In this document: positions 8,138-15,815 of the stretch, piece by piece
How positions within the stretch are numbered: position 1 is the stretch's first letter
Layout of the letters: every line of letters starts with the position of its first letter
Assembly (NCBI GenBank): GCA_964589775.1
Contig: CAZPUN010000013.1
Location: 50,057 to 70,056, forward strand
From: an uncultured archaeon
GTDB lineage: Archaea; Asgardarchaeota; Thorarchaeia; Thorarchaeales; CAZPUN01
Direction of reading: 5' to 3'
Length of the DNA: 20,000 nucleotides
The notes under the pieces: model-generated
What the model saw: only the letters and a program-made list of their open reading frames with translations
What the model was told of the DNA's origin: nothing
Database searches by the model: none
Made by a program: the position numbers and the translations under genes

Positions 8138-8298
8138 ATCTATATTCATCAAATAATGAGTTAACATTATAAAATAAACATTTCGATAATATCCTATCTG
8201 GGCGCTTTATTTTATGGCGCCTGTATATAATCTAAATTATATACTTTGTGCAATTAAAGAAAACTTTATTTACAAAACTTATGATACTATGAATCGGT

Positions 8299-8420
8299 AT
8301 GCTGGCCATAGGTGGTGGTGATACGCCTGTTCCCATCTGAACACAGAAGCTAAGACCACTACCGGTCCGCGTAGTAGTGCGGTGCGCGAGCCCGTGCAAG
8401 CCGCGGATAGCTAGCAGCCA
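8299..8420 (+). rRNA. 5S ribosomal RNA
   Basis: GGTGGTGATACGCCTGTTCCCATCTGAACACAGAAGCTAAGACCACTACC core, with terminal helix GCTGGC/GCTAGC. Ends approximate. Confidence 0.93.
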
Positions 8421-8531
8421 TTCTCTTCTTATTCTAATATCTCTGCTTATTAAATGGCATGAGATAACTATATCCAAAAATATACCTAACAAAAAGATTT
8501 AAACATAAAATATAATAAAATAAGAGTGTGT

Positions 8532-8670
8532 GCGGAGGTATCCAAGCCCGGTCAAAGCCTGTCGGCTTACCGACGACTACCTCTGAGAATGGGGTCAGGC
8601 GATCTAAGGAGCCAGACTTAAGATCTGGTCGAGTAGTCGTTCGCGTGTTCAAATCGCGCCCTCCGCACCA
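8532..8670 (+). tRNA. tRNA-Leu (anticodon TAA) with a predicted 51-nt intron in the D-loop (8556-8606)
   Basis: Acceptor GCGGAGG/CCTCCGC, anticodon arm CCAGA-CTTAAGA-TCTGG, variable arm CGA..TCG, T arm GCGTG-TTCAAAT-CGCGC, encoded CCA. BHB: GGTC/GATC, bulges AAA and TAA, inner helix GCCTG/CAGGC. Confidence 0.9.
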
Positions 8671-8709
8671 GCTTTATTCTCATAAATCTTTACAAATAGT
8701 TCAGGATTG

Positions 8710-10038
8710 ATGTCTTTGGTCGATTACATTGGTAAAGCCAAATCCGTAGTGGATAAATTTGGTATTCATGTTGGAGATCTTATTGAAATAAAAACCAATA
8801 GTGGCTCATATATTGGAAGATTACTCCCTCGATCTCATTATGAAGGCGCTGATGAATTTATTGTTGTTAAACTAACAAATGGTTATAATATTGGTATTTC
8901 TGTTGAAAAGATAAATTCCATAACTCTATTAGAATCTCTTGAAAATAAAAAGAATGAGCCTCCTAAAACATTTCAAAAGAAAAAGGATTTACCTCACGTG
9001 GTTTTGATAAGTACTGGTGGTACGATATCTAGTAAAATCGATTATTCTACTGGTGCTGTTAGTCCTGCATTAACGGCAGAGGATCTATATCTTGCAGTGC
9101 CTGAATTAAAAGAAATTGTAAATATTGAAGTTGATGTTTTATTTAATGAATTAAGTGAAAATATATATCCCGAGCATTGGGAAAAACTTGCTGAGCGCAT
9201 ATTTCATCATATTGAAAATGGTGTTGATGGAATTATTGTGGCACATGGCACTGACACATTAGGTTACACTGCTGCAGCTTTGAGTTTCGCGCTTCAAAAT
9301 CTTCCAGTTCCAATAGTTTTGGTAGGTTCTCAACGTTCGAGTGATCGTCCTTCCTCAGATGCATTTATTAATTTACGTTCGGCAGCTGTTGTTGCAGGTT
9401 ATGCAAATCTTGCAGAAGTTGTTGTTGTAATGCATTCAACAACTAGTGATGATATTGTTGGGGTATTCAGGGGTACAAAAGTTCGAAAAATGCATACAAG
9501 TGCACGAAATGCATTCGTATCTATTAACATACCTCCTTTGGGATTTGTAAAAGGAATGAAATATATTGAGAACATTGCTCCAATTCGTACTCGAAATAAA
9601 AATCGTAAAATTTTATTGAAGAATAAATTTGATAAAAAAGTTGCATTAGTTTATTCCTATCCTGGATTGTTATCGGATATTTTCACTGAACTAATAAATA
9701 ATAGGTATTCTGGAATCCTTATTGCAGGTACTGGTCTTGGGCATATATCAAATAGGCTTCATAAGGTTCTCAAGTCTGCGATTGAAAATGATATTGTTAT
9801 TGCGATAGCCTCCCAATGTATTTTTGGTCGCACAAATTTGAATGTCTATAGTACTGGAGTAAACCTGCAAAAAATTGGAATAATTGAATCTCAAGATATG
9901 TTTCCTGAAACTGCATATGTAAAATTATTGTGGGCGCTTTCCAACTATTCTAAGGACAAGGCAATTTCTATTTTCCAAGAGAATATAGTTGGTGAAATTA
10001 TTGGTCGTACTTATCCTGAAACTATTTTTAATAGGTGA
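8710..10038 (+). CDS. gatD: Glutamyl-tRNA(Gln) amidotransferase subunit D
   Basis: L-asparaginase-like domain HVVLISTGGTISSKIDYSTGAVSPALTAEDL, IVAHGTDTLGYTAAALSFAL, IASQCIFGRTNLNVYSTG, with GatD N-terminal domain. Confidence 0.93.
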   Translation: MSLVDYIGKAKSVVDKFGIHVGDLIEIKTNSGSYIGRLLPRSHYEGADEFIVVKLTNGYNIGISVEKINSITLLESLENKKNEPPKTFQKKKDLPHVVLISTGGTISSKIDYSTGAVSPALTAEDLYLAVPELKEIVNIEVDVLFNELSENIYPEHWEKLAERIFHHIENGVDGIIVAHGTDTLGYTAAALSFALQNLPVPIVLVGSQRSSDRPSSDAFINLRSAAVVAGYANLAEVVVVMHSTTSDDIVGVFRGTKVRKMHTSARNAFVSINIPPLGFVKGMKYIENIAPIRTRNKNRKILLKNKFDKKVALVYSYPGLLSDIFTELINNRYSGILIAGTGLGHISNRLHKVLKSAIENDIVIAIASQCIFGRTNLNVYSTGVNLQKIGIIESQDMFPETAYVKLLWALSNYSKDKAISIFQENIVGEIIGRTYPETIFNR

Positions 10039-10043
10039 GATTA

Positions 10044-11930
10044 ATGAATTATTCTGAAATTAAGTTAAAAGTTGGTCTAGAAATTCATCAACAATTAGAC
10101 ACTAAAACGAAATTATTCTGTGAATGTCCAACAATATTACGTGATGATGATCCTTCTGGTGTATTCATAAGAGAACTTCGCCCAACAATGAGCGAGCTGG
10201 GTATAATTGATCAAGCTGCAATATTTGAATCTAAAAAGGTAAGAAAATTTGAATATGAATTTTATAATGACTCAACTTGCCTAGTTGAACTTGATGAAGA
10301 ACCCCCACATGCATTAAACGAAGAGGCAATAGATATATGCCTTACAATGGCTTTGTTGTTAAATTCTGAACCACTAGATGAAATTCATGTTATGAGAAAA
10401 ATTGTTATCGATGGTTCAAATACTTCTGGTTTTCAAAGAACATCGATAATTAGTATGGGCGGTTCTGTTTCTGTTGGCGACATTAATTGTAGAATACAAA
10501 CTATATGTCTAGAAGAAGATGCAGCCAGAAAAATAAACGAAGATACTAAAAATGGAATTGTGCGTTATAGATTGGATCGCTTAGGTATTCCACTTATTGA
10601 GATTGCAACTGCACCCGATATTCATACTCCTTCTGCAGCACAAAAAGTTGCATTACGAATCGGAAAGTTACTAAGAACAACCGGTAAAGTAAAACGCGGC
10701 CTTGGAACTATCAGACAGGATGTAAATATTTCCATCTTAGATGGTCCAGTTATTGAAATTAAGGGAATTCAGCAGCTCGATCTGATAGAGAAAGTTGTCG
10801 AAATTGAGGCGAAAAGACAACTTGAATTAATCAATATTATGAATGAACTAAGAAAGCGTAATGTAACTGCTAAAGATTTATCGAACGAAAAACATGACAT
10901 AACTGATTTATTGCAATATTCGAAATCAAAAATTATCAAAAGAGCATTAAAGCAAAAGGCAAAAATATTAGCTATAAAACTAAACGGATTTAGTGGCTTG
11001 TTGGGCCGAGAAATACAACCTGGTAAGAGATTTGGAAAGGAATTGGCATATTATGCTGGCTTTTATGGTGGTGTAAAAGGAATTTTTCATTCAGATGAAT
11101 TACCTAATTATGGAATTACGCAAGATGAAGTTGATAAAATTAAGAAATTTCTAAATTGTAGTTCGCAAGATGCATTTGTACTTGTTGCTGCGCCTAAAGT
11201 ATCTGCTGAAAAAGCATTAGATGGTGTCTTTGAACGTGTTCTTATGGCTTTTTCTGGAATTCCTGAAGAGACCCGCAAAGCTGAATCTGATGGTACAACT
11301 TCATATTTGCGACCAAGACCTGGCGCAGCCAGAATGTATCCCGAAACTGATGTTCGTCCTGTTATTATTTCTAATGAACGCATTAATAAAATTAAAGATA
11401 ATTTACCTGAACTTCCAGAAGAAAAAGTCAATCGATATATCAAAGAATACAATTTAAATGAAGAATTAGCTGATGAACTTGTATCTTCTCCAGATTTTAT
11501 ATTGTTTGAAAAGCTTTTGAGTGACGTTGACATAACTCCAAAAATTATCGCTACATATTTACTAAATACGTTCAGGACTTTAAGGCGAAATAACATTCCT
11601 GTTGATGACATTCCTTATGAACGTATTGTACAAATTCTTAAACTATTAAAAGATAAAAAGATCGCAAAAGAGGCGCTACCTGAGATTACCGAAAAAATCG
11701 CATTGAATCCTAAAATCGAAATTTCCAGTTTTGTATCTTCAATAACAATATCAGATCTTGATAAGATTATTTCAAAAATAGTACAACAAAAACATGATTT
11801 TATTCTCGAACGAGGTGAACGTGCATTAAGTCCTCTTATGGGTGTCGTAATGAAAGAAGTGCGTGGTAAGATCGATGGAAAAACTGTACGTGAACACTTG
11901 AAAAAAGCTATTGATGATGCACTAAAGTAA
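10044..11930 (+). CDS. gatE: Glutamyl-tRNA(Gln) amidotransferase subunit E
   Basis: KVGLEIHQQLDTKTKLFCECPTILR, RTSIISMGGSVSVGDINCRIQTICLEEDAA, GLGTIRQDVNISI, RPRPGAARMYPETDVRP. ORF overlaps gatD by 4 nt. ATG 10044 follows GGTG-N6. Confidence 0.94.
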   Translation: MNYSEIKLKVGLEIHQQLDTKTKLFCECPTILRDDDPSGVFIRELRPTMSELGIIDQAAIFESKKVRKFEYEFYNDSTCLVELDEEPPHALNEEAIDICLTMALLLNSEPLDEIHVMRKIVIDGSNTSGFQRTSIISMGGSVSVGDINCRIQTICLEEDAARKINEDTKNGIVRYRLDRLGIPLIEIATAPDIHTPSAAQKVALRIGKLLRTTGKVKRGLGTIRQDVNISILDGPVIEIKGIQQLDLIEKVVEIEAKRQLELINIMNELRKRNVTAKDLSNEKHDITDLLQYSKSKIIKRALKQKAKILAIKLNGFSGLLGREIQPGKRFGKELAYYAGFYGGVKGIFHSDELPNYGITQDEVDKIKKFLNCSSQDAFVLVAAPKVSAEKALDGVFERVLMAFSGIPEETRKAESDGTTSYLRPRPGAARMYPETDVRPVIISNERINKIKDNLPELPEEKVNRYIKEYNLNEELADELVSSPDFILFEKLLSDVDITPKIIATYLLNTFRTLRRNNIPVDDIPYERIVQILKLLKDKKIAKEALPEITEKIALNPKIEISSFVSSITISDLDKIISKIVQQKHDFILERGERALSPLMGVVMKEVRGKIDGKTVREHLKKAIDDALK

Positions 11931-11989
11931 ATCTCATCATCAATCAATATATTTTTTAAGGAAAATGACATTTCACACTATGTGATAAT

Positions 11990-12117
11990 GCCGGGGTTGC
12001 CTAGCCTGGTTATGGTTAAAAGCAATTTAACCGCCAAAGGGCGCCAGACTCATAATCTATTCAAAAAGGGGTCGATGAGCTATCTGGAGGTCGCGCGTTC
12101 GAACCGCGCCCCCGGCA
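11990..12117 (+). tRNA. tRNA with anticodon CAT (probably elongator tRNA-Met) with two predicted introns: D-loop (12013-12038) and anticodon loop (12055-12081); no encoded CCA
   Basis: Acceptor GCCGGGG/CCCCGGC, D stem GCCT/GGGC after splicing, anticodon stem CCAGA/TCTGG, loop CTCATA|A, T arm GCGCG-TTCGAAC-CGCGC. Followed by CTA rather than CCA. Confidence 0.85.
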
Positions 12118-12175
12118 CTAATTTTAGCAAAAAAGTCTAAAATACTAAAAGTATGATTTTGTTTTGGTGAATGTT

Positions 12176-13384
12176 ATGAGCCTTCCTTTCAAAACTCTTG
12201 ATGATATTAATCTAACTGGCAAAAAGGTATTAGTAAGAGCCGAATTAAATTCGCCCATTGATCCCTCTAGCAAAAAAATTCTTGATACTTCTCGGATTGA
12301 TTCTCTTAAAAAAACATTAGATGAATTGAGCAATTCTGCGATAGTAATAATAGCTCATCAGGGACGACCTGGCTCTGATGATTTCATAGATCTTTCGCCA
12401 CATGCTGAACGATTAAGAGAGTTGGGATATAATGTAAAATTTGTAGATGATATTATTGGAACAAAATCAATTAATGCGATCAAAAATCTAAAAATTGGAG
12501 AAATCTTAGTATTGGATAATGTTCGTAAAATTCCTGAAGAAATTAAAAAAATGTCATTTGAAGATGCTTCTAAGACTCAGCTAGTAAAAACACTTGCGCC
12601 ATTATTTGATTCATTCATTCAAGATGCTTTTGGAGTAGCACACAGAGCACAGCCTTCTGTAATTGGATTTCCTGAACTTTTGCCTAGTGTAGCAGGTAGA
12701 CTTGTTGAACGTGAATATCGTGCATTATCTACACTGGTGGAAAATATAAAGCATCCATATGTTGTAGTTTTAGGTGGCGCCAAATTATCTACAAAGATTC
12801 CATTTATTGAACACCTATTAGAAAATGAAATGGTTGATTTCGTATTAACTGGCGGTTTGGTATCAAATGTTTTCTTATATGTTAGTGGAATTAGAATGGA
12901 TAGTAAAAACATACAAAAGGCAGATGATACTATAATAAAAATCGCCAAGCGAATATTTGAAAAGTATTCTGACAAAATTATTATTCCTAAAGATGTTGCA
13001 TATGAACATAATGGAAAGCGTGAAGAAATTAAAATAAGTGAAAAATCTGTGATTAACTTCCCGATTTTTGATATAGGACATGAGACTATTTCTGAATATT
13101 CGCAAATTATAAAATCTGCAAAAACAATATTTGCAAATGGTCCCTTGGGCTATTTTGAAAACTCACTATTTACAGAGGGTACTGATGCTATTATTGATGT
13201 TTTTAGATCTATAGATGCAAATATTATTGTTGGTGGTGGTCATTTAGGTGCTGTAATTTCCAGCAAATCTATTCCATCTAATATATATATTAGCACAGGT
13301 GGAGGCGCAGCATTAGCTTTTGTCTCAGGAAAAGAATTACCTTTGTTTGAAGCTCTAAAACGTTCATATTTAAAATTTAATTAA
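12176..13384 (+). CDS. pgk: Phosphoglycerate kinase
   Basis: KKVLVRAELNSPID, VIIAHQGRPGSDDF, VLGGAKLSTKI, FANGPLGYFE, GGGHLGAVI. ATG 12176 follows GGTG-N6. Confidence 0.93.
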   Translation: MSLPFKTLDDINLTGKKVLVRAELNSPIDPSSKKILDTSRIDSLKKTLDELSNSAIVIIAHQGRPGSDDFIDLSPHAERLRELGYNVKFVDDIIGTKSINAIKNLKIGEILVLDNVRKIPEEIKKMSFEDASKTQLVKTLAPLFDSFIQDAFGVAHRAQPSVIGFPELLPSVAGRLVEREYRALSTLVENIKHPYVVVLGGAKLSTKIPFIEHLLENEMVDFVLTGGLVSNVFLYVSGIRMDSKNIQKADDTIIKIAKRIFEKYSDKIIIPKDVAYEHNGKREEIKISEKSVINFPIFDIGHETISEYSQIIKSAKTIFANGPLGYFENSLFTEGTDAIIDVFRSIDANIIVGGGHLGAVISSKSIPSNIYISTGGGAALAFVSGKELPLFEALKRSYLKFN

Positions 13385-13435
13385 GTATATCACTAAGCAA
13401 ATATTTTTATTTTTTATTTTCATGTTATTTTGTGT

Positions 13436-13525
13436 GCCTCGGTAGCTTAGCGGCATAGCGGCAGACTTGTATATGAATGTAAAGAAATCTGCAGGTCGCG
13501 GGTTCAAATCCCGCCCGGGGCTCCA
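13436..13525 (+). tRNA. tRNA-Thr (anticodon TGT) with a predicted 15-nt intron at 37/38 (13472-13486)
   Basis: Acceptor GCCTCGG/CCGGGGC, anticodon stem GCAGA/TCTGC, loop CTTGTA|A, T arm GCGGG-TTCAAAT-CCCGC, encoded CCA. Confidence 0.9.
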
Positions 13526-13640
13526 CTTATTCCAAAAAATTATTATTTGTCTGCAAAGGTTTTTATTTTAATAATCACTCTTTTATCTAAGAAGAGTTAA
13601 ATATTTAATATGAGTATTTAAAAAATAATGGTGGTTCCTG

Positions 13641-14459
13641 ATGCAAATTGATGCTTCAAATTTATGGAATATGATTATAGGTGCCTTTAAACCCTTATCT
13701 GATGCTCTGAGTGGTATAGGAATTAATGTATCCCCGAGTTTCTTGTTTTTATTAATTACGGGAATTTCGGTCTTCCTACTTGTGATCTTTATAAGACGCA
13801 GAACAAGCTTACTTGATTCTGATATAATGCCAGAATATCGTGAGCTATTGGAGTCTTCTATATCTTCCCCATTGACTACGATTGAGATACGAAAGTTATC
13901 TCAAATCAGGGACCCCAGACAATTACTAATATTGATGAAAGTGGAAGAAGCTGCTGTAGAAAATGCAATTAAGTTATTAAATGCGCTTCTTAAATCTGGT
14001 GAAATTGACGAATCATTTCATAGTTCCATTCTTAATCTGTATGATGTTAGATTAAGAAGACTTCAAGAAGTATTAGAAAAGGCTCGTGATATTGATAAAC
14101 TAAAGAGAACTGAAGCTGATATTTCTCATGCTAGGCATGAATATATACGAAAGCTTGCTTCATTATCTGGTGCAGCGCCGCCTGTAGCTGGAGCGCCACC
14201 GGCAGCTGGGGCACCACCGGCAGCTGGGGCACCACCGGCAGCTGGGGCACCACCGGCAGCTGGGGCACCACCGGCAGCTGGAGCGCCGCCTGTAGCTGGG
14301 GCACCACCGGCAGCTGGGGCACCACCGGCAGCTGGAGCGCCATCCCGCCCTGTATCAATGGCACGAGCTATTACTGGGACTGATAAGAAAAAGGAATCTC
14401 TTCAAGATGAAATGCTTAGTGCTATTGAGCAATTAAAACAGCTTATTGAAATGGATTAA
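13641..14459 (+). CDS. Membrane-anchored coiled-coil protein with Ala/Pro/Gly tandem repeat, function unknown
   Basis: 272-aa ORF with N-terminal TM (SFLFLLITGISVFLLVIFI), helical region, about ten GAPPAA units, and basic/charged C-terminus. Start preceded by GGTG-N7-ATG. Confidence 0.75.
   Translation: MQIDASNLWNMIIGAFKPLSDALSGIGINVSPSFLFLLITGISVFLLVIFIRRRTSLLDSDIMPEYRELLESSISSPLTTIEIRKLSQIRDPRQLLILMKVEEAAVENAIKLLNALLKSGEIDESFHSSILNLYDVRLRRLQEVLEKARDIDKLKRTEADISHARHEYIRKLASLSGAAPPVAGAPPAAGAPPAAGAPPAAGAPPAAGAPPAAGAPPVAGAPPAAGAPPAAGAPSRPVSMARAITGTDKKKESLQDEMLSAIEQLKQLIEMD
14172..14345 (+). repeat. 18-bp in-frame tandem repeat (unit encodes GAPPAA/GAPPVA)
   Basis: About ten near-identical copies of GGGGCACCACCGGCAGCT in an otherwise AT-rich genome. 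Confidence 0.92.
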
Positions 14460-14529
14460 ATTATCGCGAACTTTTGTTCAGCGATATTATTTTATATTTT
14501 TATTTACGGTTTATTTTTGGTGTTATAGT

Positions 14530-15222
14530 ATGAGTTCTGCAAAGCATAATTCTGCAAAATCTGCAATTAAAATGGTAAAAGATAACTTTACTATTGGTCT
14601 AGGTAGTGGTACTACTGTTGTTTATTTTATTGAAGAATTATCTGAATTAGTTAAAATGGGATATCATATTAAAGTGGTCCCATCCTCCTATCAGTCTTAT
14701 TCATTGGCAATAGAATATAAAATACCTATTACAAATTTAGATGAATCTCCTATACTTGATATAACAGTTGATGGTGCAGATGAAGTGGATCCCGACCTAA
14801 ATTTAGTAAAGGGTGGTGGTGCTGCTCTAACTCGTGAAAAAATAATTGCTTCTGCTGCTAAAGAATTAGCCATTATTGTTGATGACTCCAAGATTGTCAA
14901 GCATCTCGGTAAGCGTATTGGAATCCCTATTGAAGTCTTACCCTTTGCATGGGGATCCGTTAAGCGAAAAATTTTAGATATGGGATATGAGCCTATACTT
15001 AGAATGGCAACACGAAAAATGGGCCCTGTTATTTCTGATAATGGAAACTTCATAGTTGATGTGCAAATAAAAAATATTATAGATGATTTATACGAATTTA
15101 ATCATGCTTTACTTGAAATTCCTGGCGTAATTGAAACAGGTTTATTCATTAATATGGCTGATGTAGTACATGTTGGTACCTCTGAGGGCGCCTATACCCT
15201 AAATCGGCCTAATAAAAAGTAA
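14530..15222 (+). CDS. rpiA: Ribose-5-phosphate isomerase A
   Basis: IGLGSGTTVVYFIEEL, DITVDGADEVDPDLNLVKGGGAALTREKIIA, GVIETGLFINMADVVHVGTSEG. ATG 14530 preceded by GGTG-N7. Confidence 0.94.
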   Translation: MSSAKHNSAKSAIKMVKDNFTIGLGSGTTVVYFIEELSELVKMGYHIKVVPSSYQSYSLAIEYKIPITNLDESPILDITVDGADEVDPDLNLVKGGGAALTREKIIASAAKELAIIVDDSKIVKHLGKRIGIPIEVLPFAWGSVKRKILDMGYEPILRMATRKMGPVISDNGNFIVDVQIKNIIDDLYEFNHALLEIPGVIETGLFINMADVVHVGTSEGAYTLNRPNKK

Positions 15223-15235
15223 CGGGGCTATTTAT

Positions 15236-15814
15236 ATGAATGATACACTTGATAATTCAAAAAATAAAGATGAGAACACAATTCCTGTAGTAACTTTTGA
15301 TACTCAGGAGTATATTGGCATTGTATCTCCTGAAGAATATTCAAAGATTCTTCAATCTGGACCATTTGGAACACTAATTCAGGACCAATATGTACTAACT
15401 CCAATTGAATGTATGTATTTACTTTTTAAAAATAAGATTTTTTTAATTGATTCAGATGGATCTCCAATATCAATACACCAGCTTTTGAAAATCATGCTTC
15501 CACAAGATAAGGATATATGGACAAAATTTCTTGTATATTTTGATCTGAGGTCAAGAGGTTACTCTGTAAAGCAAGGTTTTGGACCTGGCATAAGTTTTAG
15601 ATTATATCCTCGTGGAAGTAGATTGGGTGATGATACTGCAAAAATGTTAATTTACATATTAACTGACGGTGACTCTATATCACTTGATGAATTAGAGCGA
15701 ATAACAAAACTTTCAACAAGTTCAAGAAAAAAATTAATTTTTGCTCTAATTAATCCACAAGGTGAAATTACGTACTATAAAGTATCTCAAGTACCACTAA
15801 GTGAGGGAAAATAG
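15236..15814 (+). CDS. tRNA-intron endonuclease (EndA) family protein, apparently lacking the catalytic His
   Basis: C-terminal domain FLVYFDLRSRGYSVKQGFGPGISFRLYPRGSRLGDDTAKMLIYIL...SSRKKLIFALINPQGEITYYKV resembles archaeal EndA. Tyr and Lys positions present; Thr replaces the catalytic His in an ungapped recalled alignment. Confidence 0.82.
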   Translation: MNDTLDNSKNKDENTIPVVTFDTQEYIGIVSPEEYSKILQSGPFGTLIQDQYVLTPIECMYLLFKNKIFLIDSDGSPISIHQLLKIMLPQDKDIWTKFLVYFDLRSRGYSVKQGFGPGISFRLYPRGSRLGDDTAKMLIYILTDGDSISLDELERITKLSTSSRKKLIFALINPQGEITYYKVSQVPLSEGK

Positions 15815-15815
15815 T

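Noticed and set aside
8201-8221. GGCGC..GCGCC hairpin between tRNA-Trp and the 5S rRNA
   Set aside because: Only 5 bp with an 11-nt AT loop in a divergent promoter region; too weak to call as a regulatory RNA or terminator.
8434-8710. Track ORFs 8434..8652 (-) and 8528..8710 (+)
   Set aside because: Both overlap tRNA-Leu(TAA) and its intron; no coding signature.
11108-11971. Long minus-strand ORFs (167 aa and 118 aa) opposite gatE
   Set aside because: Antisense to a strongly supported GatE coding sequence; low-complexity Ser/Phe/Ile-rich translations typical of reverse-strand artefacts.
14131-14364. Leu/Pro/Gln/Val repeat ORF on the minus strand
   Set aside because: Shadow of the 18-bp tandem repeat in the plus-strand membrane-protein gene.
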